From assembly GCA_964545815.1 (NCBI GenBank), contig CAZJGR010000002.1:1-60759 (forward strand): a stretch of 60,759 bases of DNA, read 5' to 3'. The stretch comes from an uncultured Dehalococcoidaceae bacterium. Its GTDB lineage: Bacteria; Chloroflexota; Dehalococcoidia; Dehalococcoidales; RBG-16-60-22. The translations under genes and the position numbers were made by a program. Below are positions 1-7,893 of this stretch, in pieces. Each line of letters starts with the position of its first letter. The first letter of the stretch is position 1. The notes under the pieces were generated by a model. It saw only the letters and a list, made by a program, of their open reading frames with translations, had not been told where the DNA came from and did no database searches.

Positions 1-20
1 GAGGAGGGCTGGCAAGAGGC

Positions 21-215
21 ATGAATTATAGGGAGGTTTATAAGGCGGTCTGTAAACATGCCGCCGAGCACCTCGACAGCCTGGATATTTATGATGAATT
101 TGGTGACGAGGATGCTGACCGTATAGAGCGGGCCATCTGTGAGATACAAGGCCAACTACTCAGGAAGGCCGGTGACAACCAACAGGAGTGGGACGAATAT
201 GAAACAGGACCATGA
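21..215 (+). CDS. hypothetical acidic protein (64 aa)
   Basis: ATG at 21 preceded by AAGAGG. Overlaps the next ORF by 17 nt. Lies at the distal end of the rightward operon if the genome is circular. Confidence 0.5.
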   Translation: MNYREVYKAVCKHAAEHLDSLDIYDEFGDEDADRIERAICEIQGQLLRKAGDNQQEWDEYETGP

Positions 216-513
216 CGATGACCTGGTGACCTTCACCTACCGTTGTGAGGTCCAAATTTCATACAAGAAGCTGTTGACCTACCTGGAGAGGACGGGCTGG
301 AAACAAGCCGCTCAGCCCAACGCCCGCCATCTGATTTTTGAGAGGGAAGGGAGTATTATCGTTCTGCCCTCTTCCGATCCGCATCCTCGGGACATCAACC
401 ATTATGTGACCAGCGCCATTGAGACGCTGGCGGCCATCGAGAACGTGCCTCAGCCGCTTATCGTAGAGCGAATACAGGAGCCAGTATCCTATTTTTCCTA
501 CCTTCGTGATTGA
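199..513 (+). CDS. hypothetical protein (104 aa)
   Basis: ORF-track frame 139..513 trimmed to ATG 199, which has AGGAG about 10 nt upstream. Followed by a stack of hairpins/terminators. Confidence 0.6.
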   Translation: MKQDHDDDLVTFTYRCEVQISYKKLLTYLERTGWKQAAQPNARHLIFEREGSIIVLPSSDPHPRDINHYVTSAIETLAAIENVPQPLIVERIQEPVSYFSYLRD

Positions 514-546
514 GCCTTCATCCTTTTTTCCTACCTCCTTGTGGAA

Positions 547-605
547 GGGGCCGGCCTCCTGCCTGCCTGCGACAGGCAGGCGACGGGCAGGCGCCAACCG
601 GCCCC
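547..605. repeat. nested palindrome (GGGGCCGG...CCGGCCCC enclosing CCTGCCTG-CGA-CAGGCAGG at 562-580)
   Basis: 8-bp outer arms at 547-554 and 598-605. The inner 8-bp arms belong to the genome-wide CCTGCCTG/CAGGCAGG family. Confidence 0.8.
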
Positions 606-643
606 TGAGACCTCATCCTCTCAACATTCTCCTCCTTGCTTAA

Positions 644-678
644 GGGAGCCGGCCTCGCCAACCGGCTCCCTTCTCTTT
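644..678 (+). terminator. possible intrinsic terminator
   Basis: GGGAGCCGG-9 nt-CCGGCTCCC stem (644-670) followed by TTCTCTTT. Confidence 0.4.
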
Positions 679-686
679 ACCCGCTT

Positions 687-710
687 CTGGACTTTGCCTG
701 ATAAGTTCAG
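687..710. repeat. CTGGACTT...AAGTTCAG hairpin (outer-arm family)
   Basis: CTGGACTT at 687-694, 8-nt loop, AAGTTCAG at 703-710 (one G.U/mismatch). Confidence 0.7.
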
Positions 711-720
711 GAGATAGGCA

Positions 721-791
721 AAAAAAAGACCCGCAGGGAAGGGGGGCCTGCCTGCGACAGGCGGGTGCCCCTAACCCTGCGGGTCTTTTTT
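721..791. terminator. bidirectional rho-independent terminator
   Basis: AAAAAAAGACCCGCAGGG (721-738) pairs with CCCTGCGGGTCTTTTTT (774-791). An A-run on one side and a T-run on the other. Sits between the convergent plus-strand operon end and minus-strand gene 790..1059. Confidence 0.8.
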
Positions 792-1059
792 ATTTGATCC
801 AGATACGGTGCACATCTGCGAAGTCATACATCAGGTCCAACAATCTGTTGGCGTACTCAACCGGAGAAAAGAGGACGTCCCGCCGGGGGATGCGGCGGAA
901 CAGAGACCTGGCCGTAAAGCCAGAGAAACAAGGCGCTTTGTCCAGGATGTCCGCTACGGCCTTCATGCTTTTGTCTATGGTAGGATAATCCTCCACCTCG
1001 CCGGCCGCATCCAGGACGGCCCGAATACCCTCAACGGTGTATAACCATACCTGTGGCAC
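790..1059 (-). CDS. hypothetical protein (89 aa)
   Basis: GTG start at 1059 with AGGAGG 5 nt upstream. Last gene of the leftward operon. Confidence 0.6.
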   Translation of the reverse strand: MPQVWLYTVEGIRAVLDAAGEVEDYPTIDKSMKAVADILDKAPCFSGFTARSLFRRIPRRDVLFSPVEYANRLLDLMYDFADVHRIWIK

Positions 1060-1090
1060 ATTGACCTCCTTTCCTGCCTGCGCGGGCAGG

Positions 1091-1954
1091 CTACAGCAAC
1101 CTCACGGCCTCGGCCAGTTCAGAATCTACGACGTGGGTGTACAATTGAGTGGTGCTCAGGGAGTTGTGCCCAAGAAGGACCTGTACCACCCTGATGTTAG
1201 CTCCCCGTTGGAGTAGGCGGGTGGCAAAGGTATGCCTGAGCATGTGTGGAGAGAGCTTAAACCCGGCCTGTTCGCCCGCCTTTTGGACGACGTGCCCCAC
1301 GGCCCGCCTTTTCAGGCCGCCTCCCTGATACCCCTTTAGCAAAGGCTGATCGCCGTCCTTATAGGGGACGGATTGAAGGTAGAACAGGAGGGCCTCCTGT
1401 AAGGTGTCCTTGATAGGAACGGTCCGCTCCTTGTTCCCCTTGCCTCTGACTCGAATCTGCCCGCTCTCGAGGTCCAGAGAGCTTCTCTTCAGTCCCACGA
1501 CCTCGGACAGTCTGAGACCGGCAAAAAGCATGAGGTAGATGATCACCCTGTCGCGCCTCGACAGGGTGGCCCCGATCAGAGCCAGGACCTCCGACCCGGT
1601 CAGGACTCGGGGCAAGCGATACTGCGCCCCCCCTCTCCCGAGGGAAATCCCCTCCATCGGCGAGGATGCCATCCATCCATTGACTACAGCCCAAGAGTAG
1701 AAAGCCCTCAAAGCGGCCACGATCCGCCAAAGGCTGGCCTGCGCCAACCGTTGACCCTGGGATGTAATGAATTCCTCTATGTGCCGCGGCGTGGCCATCA
1801 GAAGCTCGCTGTGAGGCTCAGAGAAGATACGTGGCCGGACTCCCCTACTCGCCAGGAACCGCCAAAACCGCGTGACCTCGTAGAGATATGCCTTGACGGT
1901 TTGCGGACTATAGCGGGCCTTTAGATACAAACTCCATGCCTGTAGAGTTGGCAT
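1091..1954 (-). CDS. int: tyrosine recombinase / phage integrase (XerC/D-like)
   Basis: C-terminal HMLRHTFATRLL...LLGHNSLSTTQLYTHV (R..HxxR..Y catalytic signature). Start trimmed to ATG 1954 (MPTLQAW) behind GGAAAGGAGG. Confidence 0.93.
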   Translation of the reverse strand: MPTLQAWSLYLKARYSPQTVKAYLYEVTRFWRFLASRGVRPRIFSEPHSELLMATPRHIEEFITSQGQRLAQASLWRIVAALRAFYSWAVVNGWMASSPMEGISLGRGGAQYRLPRVLTGSEVLALIGATLSRRDRVIIYLMLFAGLRLSEVVGLKRSSLDLESGQIRVRGKGNKERTVPIKDTLQEALLFYLQSVPYKDGDQPLLKGYQGGGLKRRAVGHVVQKAGEQAGFKLSPHMLRHTFATRLLQRGANIRVVQVLLGHNSLSTTQLYTHVVDSELAEAVRLL

Positions 1955-2123
1955 CTTGAGTGACCTCCTTTCCACTGATTCTCCTATTCAGGTAACATGC
2001 GACGTGAGCCACCCCCTGGCCAGGGCGGGGGAACTGAACGTACCCGCTGCCCTTATAACACCCCTCCCCACAATAGATGCAGTTTCCCACGTGGGTGCCC
2101 TTGCCTTTGTTTTCATCGGCCAT
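1908..2123 (-). CDS. small Cys-rich protein (71 aa), possible Zn-binding recombination directionality factor / excisionase-like partner of the integrase
   Basis: ATG 2123 behind CCAGGAGG. CIYCGEGC...HVAC motif. Overlaps the integrase start by 47 nt. The function is a guess from position only. Confidence 0.45.
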   Translation of the reverse strand: MADENKGKGTHVGNCIYCGEGCYKGSGYVQFPRPGQGVAHVACYLNRRISGKEVTQDANSTGMEFVSKGPL

Positions 2124-2595
2124 AGAACACCTCCTGGATGGAACCGCCCCTCCCCGAAACAAAATAGTCCATCCACCGCGTGAAGGGAATACAGGAGCCG
2201 GGGCGTTCCCCGCCGATCAGCCGAAAAGTGAACTCAACCGGATTGCCCTGGTTATCCTGCCCCAACACGGCGGCCTCGAACAGCGCCTGCGGCAACCCGT
2301 CTAACCCATGCTGGACGATCTGGTGGCCATTGTTGGAGTGGTAGAAAGCCCTATAGAGGTGCTGCCCCAGGCGATGGATAGGCTCCCCGAACCAGAGGTC
2401 CCGCGTGTCCTCTCCATAGCACCCTGTGACCGAGCAGACCTCAATCCATTTTGCGGCCGAATTGGGATGAGACCGGCGCAGCTCGTACCGCGCCCCCCGT
2501 TCGGCGGCCATCAGCAGGTAATTGGCCAGGTTGGTGTACGGCCACAAGACAAAAACTTTACTCTGCGTCAAAACAACATCGAATTTGTACGGCAT
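2113..2595 (-). CDS. hypothetical protein (160 aa)
   Basis: ATG 2595 behind AAGGGGGA. No motif recognised. Confidence 0.65.
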   Translation of the reverse strand: MPYKFDVVLTQSKVFVLWPYTNLANYLLMAAERGARYELRRSHPNSAAKWIEVCSVTGCYGEDTRDLWFGEPIHRLGQHLYRAFYHSNNGHQIVQHGLDGLPQALFEAAVLGQDNQGNPVEFTFRLIGGERPGSCIPFTRWMDYFVSGRGGSIQEVFYGR

Positions 2596-2637
2596 AGAAC
2601 CGTCCCCCTTTCTTGGCTTGCCTACCTGACAGGTAGG

Positions 2638-2850
2638 TTAGAATTGCATCCACTCGTGGTGAGGTGCGATGCCTAAACTGAGATACCCCCTGGCCAGCGT
2701 GCCCCTGCGAATGGCAGAAGAAAAGACCACGTTACAGCCCTTTTTGCGGGCACGCCCGGCCCCGAAATGCCGATTGACCCAACGCGCTAACCGTTGAGCC
2801 GCCTCCCCTCCGTGAAACTCTACCTCGTAGACCAGGCAGTCGTTTTCCAT
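2638..2850 (-). CDS. hypothetical protein (70 aa)
   Basis: ATG 2850 behind GAAGGGAGG. Confidence 0.6.
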   Translation of the reverse strand: MENDCLVYEVEFHGGEAAQRLARWVNRHFGAGRARKKGCNVVFSSAIRRGTLARGYLSLGIAPHHEWMQF

Positions 2851-2892
2851 TGGTATGAACCTCCCTTCTTTTAGATTAGATTGTGTTAAAGA

Positions 2893-2930
2893 CCGCCCCC
2901 TGGACTTATCCTCATAAGTCCAGGGGGCGG
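2893..2930. repeat. perfect 17-bp hairpin CCGCCCCCTGGACTTAT-cctc-ATAAGTCCAGGGGGCGG
   Basis: Arms at 2893-2909 and 2914-2930 are exact reverse complements. Belongs to the outer-arm family. Confidence 0.9.
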
Positions 2931-3157
2931 GCTTTAGTCCGCCATTGATTCACTTCTTGACAGCCTGCTTGTGGGCTTTCTCCGCCCGGGCCGTCTCCTT
3001 TAGGCTTTCAGTTCTCCTCCGGCTTCCATTGCCCGTATTGGCTATTACAGCCATCCGGGGCTTCCCGCGTTGCCCTCGGGGGATGCTGACTCACCCCTGG
3101 CGCGTTCGGCCTCAGCCTGCGGCCTTGTTGCTTTAAGCCGCCTTGCTAACGGCCCGC

Positions 3158-3547
3158 TTATGATGGTACTTTCGCCAAATCCACCCGGCCATATTCTACC
3201 CCTCCTGCTGATTTGGGATGGTCCGCATCCATAAGCAGTGTGCTAGACCGGTCCAGCCAGTCGTAAAGCGCTTGAAGGCCATCCACGAGACCCCCCGGGG
3301 TTGGCGCCCCCTTGTCCAGTTCGTGGAACATGATACGGAAATCCTCCAGGGGCAGGTCCTCCATAGCTCCCTTCGCGGCATACAGCCCACGCCGCTCTAT
3401 AGGAGTGAATAGGTCCACCACCGTCTCCGCCTGGCACAGAGGGCAGACCAGAATCGTACCGGCATCCAGGACCTCGACCTCGCCCGGGACAACCTGTCCG
3501 CAACCAAAACACAGAAAGGGCACCTGATACCTCATTACCTCGTCCAT
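3158..3547 (-). CDS. Zn-ribbon protein (129 aa)
   Basis: CFGCG...CPLCQ pairs. ATG 3547 behind GGGGAGGG. TAATG stop/start overlap with the upstream gene. Confidence 0.65.
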   Translation of the reverse strand: MDEVMRYQVPFLCFGCGQVVPGEVEVLDAGTILVCPLCQAETVVDLFTPIERRGLYAAKGAMEDLPLEDFRIMFHELDKGAPTPGGLVDGLQALYDWLDRSSTLLMDADHPKSAGGVEYGRVDLAKVPS

Positions 3548-3753
3548 TATCCCTCCCCGACTCGATTATAGACGTTTTCCAGACCGGCGCCCACAAGATC
3601 GGGCAGCCGGTTCGCCTCCTCCGGCGTATACAGCCCTACGACCGTCACCCGCTCGCAACGGATGCAGTTAAGCATGGTCGACGGCTGCAGGACCGTACCG
3701 TTAGGGACGTCCTGGACTGCGCCACAGGTGGCGCAGACAAACTGAACTATCAT
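3547..3753 (-). CDS. Zn-ribbon protein (68 aa), paralog of 3158..3547
   Basis: Trimmed to ATG 3753 (MIVQFVCATCG) behind AAGGAGG. CATCG...CIRCE pairs, then GLYTPEE, matching DLFTPIE in the neighbouring gene. Confidence 0.6.
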   Translation of the reverse strand: MIVQFVCATCGAVQDVPNGTVLQPSTMLNCIRCERVTVVGLYTPEEANRLPDLVGAGLENVYNRVGEG

Positions 3754-3916
3754 GACCTGTACCTCCTTGCTCTGCAAGATTTTTGGTCCAGGGGGAAGAA
3801 CGAGCAATGTGTGACACAGTGCGTATCCCCCCTCCTTACGCACTGCCTCCTCTGCCGTTTGAGTTTTTCATCAGCGGTGAGAAGAACGATGCGACAAAAA
3901 CGGCATCTTGGCATGA

Positions 3917-4243
3917 TTAACCCCCTTTCAAGATACTATACAAAGCGCCCTCGCGGGGAAACCAGGCTGGCAGAAGCCAGAGGTCCATCTCGTGGAGGAG
4001 CGCCCATTCGGCAACCTCGAAACCTGAAGCCTCCCCCCCCCCATCACAGAGCGGGCAATCGAGGTCCGGCTCGCCTACACGGAGCGAGAGGTCATAGACA
4101 CACTCACCATTCTCCGTTAGGGCCGCCCCCTCGTCATCCGGAAAACAGAGCGGGCAGGAATAGGACTCCTGCAGCCACCCTCTGGTCTTGAGGTCCAGTT
4201 CGGCGATCTTGCGGGCCTTTGTGGAACCGAAGACGATACTCAT
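3917..4243 (-). CDS. Cys-rich hypothetical protein (108 aa)
   Basis: ATG 4243 behind AAAGGGGG. CPLC...CPLC pairs. Confidence 0.6.
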   Translation of the reverse strand: MSIVFGSTKARKIAELDLKTRGWLQESYSCPLCFPDDEGAALTENGECVYDLSLRVGEPDLDCPLCDGGGEASGFEVAEWALLHEMDLWLLPAWFPREGALYSILKGG

Positions 4244-4269
4244 AAGACGTTACCCCCTTTCCGGTGGAT

Positions 4270-4312
4270 TGCGTTAAATACCAATTTAACGCATTTCAAG
4301 ACGATGCTTGAA
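4270..4312. promoter_or_regulatory. two operator-like palindromes upstream of gene 3917..4243
   Basis: TGCGTTAAA (4270-4278)-6 nt-TTTAACGCA (4285-4293), and TTCAAG (4295-4300)-6 nt-CTTGAA (4307-4312). Both lie in the only A+T-rich patch of this intergenic region. Confidence 0.5.
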
Positions 4313-4599
4313 ATTGGAGTTCAGCACTCCTCTCTCCCGGTCCCCCGCCCCAGCTCACCATGCTCGCCATGAAACTTTCAGTTTCTGCGGCGTTGGCTCA
4401 TGTTTCTTTTGCCAGGGTGGGTATGCCTACCCACCTCGCTACCCACACAACCTCGGCCCGCGCTCCCGCGGGCCTCCTCGACTGTGCCTCTCGCGCAACG
4501 TGGGGGCCAGGAGAGAGCAGGGCTGAAAACCCTGCCCAGATAGGCGGGTTTGCTGCCCGCCTGCCTGTCGCCTGCCTGTCGGCAGACAGGGCAGACAGG

Positions 4600-4848
4600 T
4601 CAGACAGGCCCCAAACGACGCTGACTGCAAGGCCGCGCCGTCCCATCCCATAGCTCGCGTACAAAACCCTGCCCCGAGCGTTGAGAGGGAGCAAAACAGT
4701 GGCCGTAATACCCGCCACCTTCGCTCAGAAGCTCCTCCAGCGTCGGCCCGTCCGCGCGGCCTTTGTAAAACTGGCAGGATGGACAAAAGCCTTCGTGGTA
4801 CATCCTGGTGAACTTACCGGCCCTTTTTCTTTTTCGGACGTCGTGCAT
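4600..4848 (-). CDS. hypothetical basic protein (82 aa)
   Basis: Internal ATG 4848 (MHDVRKRK) behind AAAGGAGA. The upstream part of the ORF-track frame overlaps the neighbouring gene. Confidence 0.5.
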   Translation of the reverse strand: MHDVRKRKRAGKFTRMYHEGFCPSCQFYKGRADGPTLEELLSEGGGYYGHCFAPSQRSGQGFVRELWDGTARPCSQRRLGPV

Positions 4849-5113
4849 CTTCACTGTCTCCTTTCGTCCGCACCCAACCCGCCTCGGCCACCGCCCCCAT
4901 CGCCGAACCCGGGGGAGCAATAAGCCGCTGTATCTGCCGCGCCACATCCTCGGCGATCTGAGCCGTAGAGCCTGTATTACCAGGATGCCGTATAGCGAGT
5001 TGGATATTAGACATCACGACCCAGGCCTGTACCGGAGTTAGAGAAAGTATTACCCGCTCGTCGCCTTGCTGGAGAAGTCCAAGTTCTATCAATGCCCTGT
5101 CTTGCTCATCCAT
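4814..5113 (-). CDS. hypothetical protein (99 aa)
   Basis: ATG 5113. Overlaps the end of the exonuclease gene. Lys-rich tail. Confidence 0.55.
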   Translation of the reverse strand: MDEQDRALIELGLLQQGDERVILSLTPVQAWVVMSNIQLAIRHPGNTGSTAQIAEDVARQIQRLIAPPGSAMGAVAEAGWVRTKGDSEDARRPKKKKGR

Positions 5114-5831
5114 CGGATAACCACCCTGTGAACCGAGACCTCTCCCAGGGATTTTTGATCCAGTGGGGAGGGACAGGCTCCGGTAAGACCATAGCCTCGG
5201 CGACCGTTAAAAGCCCATCGAGGGACTGAACGTGATCCGCTCCACGCCGGTCCTGCCACCATATATAATGTCTCCCCTTGTCGCTTCCCCCCAAAGATAG
5301 AATCTTGTCGAACACAGCCCCGGTCACCCGCACGTCCTGGCTGACGTATTCGAGGACTTTGTCGTATTCTCCCGCCTCCCACAGTACCGGGGCCTGTGCG
5401 CCGCCCATCCCCGCCGTCTTGCCAGGGATGCCAAAGCCATGGGCAACGGCCTCGAGGCCAACTGCAAAACCATGTTCACAAAAGAACTGAAACATCGGGT
5501 CTATGGACCTCAGTGCCAGTGCTCTACACTCCGCCCACAGGCCCGACTCCTCGGCCAACACCCTGAAGTCGAACGAAAGGCCATTCCAGGTAACGATGGT
5601 ATACCCATCGCCCGTCATCCGCTCCAGGTATGCCACCAGGACCTGCACTTGAGATTGTGGCATAGACTGCCAGGGCTTGCCATCGGGAGCGCCTACCCCG
5701 TACCACAACCTGACCTCCCCGTCACAGGGAAGGGTGGCCGCTACCGAAATGCCAAAAGGACGATAAGCCTCCCAGTCCGCCCCCTCGGGTATAGTGGCCG
5801 CAATCTCTAAGTCAAACGCTAACCAGCGCAT
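5106..5831 (-). CDS. DEDD-type 3'-5' exonuclease (DnaQ/PolB-exo-like)
   Basis: FDLE (Exo I), WNGLSFDFRVL (Exo II), YVSQDV (Exo III). Trimmed to ATG 5831 behind TAAGGAGG. Confidence 0.8.
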   Translation of the reverse strand: MRWLAFDLEIAATIPEGADWEAYRPFGISVAATLPCDGEVRLWYGVGAPDGKPWQSMPQSQVQVLVAYLERMTGDGYTIVTWNGLSFDFRVLAEESGLWAECRALALRSIDPMFQFFCEHGFAVGLEAVAHGFGIPGKTAGMGGAQAPVLWEAGEYDKVLEYVSQDVRVTGAVFDKILSLGGSDKGRHYIWWQDRRGADHVQSLDGLLTVAEAMVLPEPVPPHWIKNPWERSRFTGWLSDG

Positions 5832-5857
5832 TTTGTAAACCTCCTTAATTGTAGATT

Positions 5858-6190
5858 TTACTGGCCGTCCCAACTATCACGAATCCGCTTGACCACCTCC
5901 TCTCGTATGCCGTGAATAGCAAAAGCCTCCGCCAGCCGTTGGACTGGCGGGCAGGAGCCGTCCAGGATGATCGCTTTGAACCAGACCTGATCGGAGATAC
6001 ACAAGAGCGACTGCACCTCCCACTGCCGGTGCCTCATCGCAATTAACACCTGCGCCTGCGCCTCGTTCTCGGCCAGTACCACGACCTGGAGGCATATTAA
6101 GGCCCCACGGCGCGGCTCAAAACTGGTCAAGACGGCGACATATAGATGGAGAGGGGTAATCTGTCTCTCGATAAGGATGTTATTCACCAT
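5858..6190 (-). CDS. hypothetical protein (110 aa)
   Basis: Trimmed to ATG 6190 (MVNNILIE) behind GGAAGGGGG. Confidence 0.55.
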   Translation of the reverse strand: MVNNILIERQITPLHLYVAVLTSFEPRRGALICLQVVVLAENEAQAQVLIAMRHRQWEVQSLLCISDQVWFKAIILDGSCPPVQRLAEAFAIHGIREEVVKRIRDSWDGQ

Positions 6191-6779
6191 GCCATACCCC
6201 CTTCCGCCGTCCATGCGAAGCGGACCCCAGGACATAGACCTTTAACTCCGGCTTGTATACCTGGAGTACGCCTCCCCGTTGAGGATGCGGCCGGGCATGG
6301 ATATAAGCCTGCTTGACCAGGTAACAAATGTGCGCCTCGGTTAGCTCGGTCAACCGCACTGCCTCCCGAACCGTGATCCAATTCGGGTCCTGGACCATAG
6401 CCTCCCTGACCAGCGTCTCGTGGGTTGGCATCAATACCACTACCTCCCGCAGAAGACCCTCAAGACGACGCCTGCGAACCGCGCCTCGCAACTTCCGCAA
6501 GGCCGCCGCCTCAATCTGCCGTACCCGTTCCCGAGTGATCCCCAGGAGAAGCCCGCACTCGTGAAGGGTCAGTCCATCCCCGAACCGGTAGATGACAACC
6601 AGGGCGTGCTTACTAGGCAAGCCCCTCACCCCTTCCAAAAGACACCCCTGGAGGGCGTCACTCCAACCCTGTTGTTCTCCGGCCCATGTGGCCTGTTGAT
6701 TGCCGGGGACGAACCCGCCGTGCGCCAACCGATAGACCAGCGCCGGGTTACGGACCGCGTTCATAATGCTGCTGCTCAT
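6180..6779 (-). CDS. sigma-70 region-4-only protein fused to an excisionase/MerR-type HTH
   Basis: LVVIYRFGDGLTLHECGLLLGITRERVRQIEAAALRKLR closely matches sigma region 4.1-4.2. No region 2/3 is visible. C-terminal WITVREAVRLTELTEAHICYLVKQ looks like an HTH_17-type helix-turn-helix. ATG behind AAAGGAG. Confidence 0.8.
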   Translation of the reverse strand: MSSSIMNAVRNPALVYRLAHGGFVPGNQQATWAGEQQGWSDALQGCLLEGVRGLPSKHALVVIYRFGDGLTLHECGLLLGITRERVRQIEAAALRKLRGAVRRRRLEGLLREVVVLMPTHETLVREAMVQDPNWITVREAVRLTELTEAHICYLVKQAYIHARPHPQRGGVLQVYKPELKVYVLGSASHGRRKGVWHGE

Positions 6780-6830
6780 CTTTTGTACTCCTTTCTTAAC
6801 CTAATTTAATTTGAGTGCCCACTGAGGCTT

Positions 6831-6860
6831 GCCCTGGACTTACCTTGATAAGTCCAGGGC
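6831..6860. repeat. outer-arm hairpin GCCCTGGACTTA-ccttga-TAAGTCCAGGGC
   Basis: Exact 12-bp arms. Confidence 0.9.
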
Positions 6861-6901
6861 AAAGTCAGAGGGTACTACACGGCAGACCTGCCTAGAGACA
6901 G

Positions 6902-6920
6902 GCCTACCTAACAGGTAGGC
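6902..6920. repeat. inner palindrome GCCTACCT-AAC-AGGTAGGC
   Basis: Exact 8-bp arms. Contains the stop codon of gene 6904..7470. Confidence 0.9.
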
Positions 6921-7470
6921 AGGCAGGGAGCCAGAAGACCGGCCCCCAACGCTTGAGAGACTTGACCTTGCTGAAAAACAGGTCGGCGGGTATCATCGCT
7001 GCGGACATACTCCTCTCTGGCAGCAGACCATAAACCGTCTGCCACGAGGCCGAGAAGCCGACCAGCCATTGATGGTTACAGAGAACGGCGAGGTCGTCCA
7101 TGGTGTAGTTAGGGATTTTGACTTTGACCGTCTCTGCCAGCTCGCAGAACGGCTTCAGAAGCCCATCCCAATCTAGCCGGGAGCGGGCAGACAAAGACCG
7201 CAGCCATTTACTAAGGGCACAACGCTGGTCCTCCGCATACTCCACACCGAGAATCCACCCCTTACCTTGATGCCATTCACCTACCAGCGGATGGATGGTA
7301 ACGCTCCTGGCTATGATAGCGTGATTGACCGTGGCGATGACATCACCGGAGCCGCCCACGCCCACGACTATCCCATTGGCCAGTCGTCGGCTTATACCAT
7401 AGTCTCGCCGTTCGTACCAGAGAGTGTCACCTGTGACGATGACCCCATTGACTGTTAGCTCTTGGGGCAT
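6904..7470 (-). CDS. hypothetical protein (188 aa)
   Basis: ATG 7470 behind AAAGGAGG. The C-terminus ...PACLPVR-stop is encoded by the palindromic element. Confidence 0.65.
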   Translation of the reverse strand: MPQELTVNGVIVTGDTLWYERRDYGISRRLANGIVVGVGGSGDVIATVNHAIIARSVTIHPLVGEWHQGKGWILGVEYAEDQRCALSKWLRSLSARSRLDWDGLLKPFCELAETVKVKIPNYTMDDLAVLCNHQWLVGFSASWQTVYGLLPERSMSAAMIPADLFFSKVKSLKRWGPVFWLPACLPVR

Positions 7471-7893
7471 TTAATTTACCTCCTTTTTGTTGAACTGGCT
7501 GCGTTTCCGGTCCACTTGAGCCAGAATCGGGGCAAGGTTGACATCACGACGCAGAAGCTGGGGCACAACCCAAAAAGCACCCGCTGCATCCACCAGGTCC
7601 ACAAACAGGGTAATGTCCGAGGTTGGCAAGGACCATTCCCCTGACCAGAAGGGCTGTAGCATTGCCTGCAGGACCTGGCCGTCCGGCTGAACGACGCCCG
7701 GGCCAACGGGAAACTGCTCACCATAGGCGGTGACGTGTAGCTCGCCGCCGCGCTGCGTGACATTCCAGTATTGGCAATGTTGCAGAACGGCCCATTCTGC
7801 CGCGGCCACCTTCGCCTCCATGAAGGACAAGTACAGCGCCGGACCGGAGTGCTGACCGACCAGGATTCCGATTGCAACCTGTGTATCAGCCAT
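7471..7893 (-). CDS. hypothetical protein (140 aa)
   Basis: ATG 7893. Tightly packed between its neighbours. Confidence 0.65.
   Translation of the reverse strand: MADTQVAIGILVGQHSGPALYLSFMEAKVAAAEWAVLQHCQYWNVTQRGGELHVTAYGEQFPVGPGVVQPDGQVLQAMLQPFWSGEWSLPTSDITLFVDLVDAAGAFWVVPQLLRRDVNLAPILAQVDRKRSQFNKKEVN

Noticed and set aside
1-15. Treating the 15-nt end identity as a direct terminal repeat or a clean circular overlap.
   Set aside because: The sequence beyond the 15-mer differs at the two ends, and 15 nt is too short for a DTR. It is recorded as an assembly-break observation instead.
2950-3054. 34-codon basic ORF (MAVIANTGNGSRRRTESLKETARAEKAHKQAVKK) on the minus strand.
   Set aside because: It has only a weak SD-like GGGAAG, it is very short, and no supporting conservation can be assessed here. 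It is mentioned only as a possibility in the gap finding.
4308-4786. Overlapping ORFs 4308..4526(+), 4360..4653(+), 4398..4718(-), 4439..4786(-).
   Set aside because: They are mutually overlapping low-complexity frames in a hairpin-rich tract, and none has an SD.
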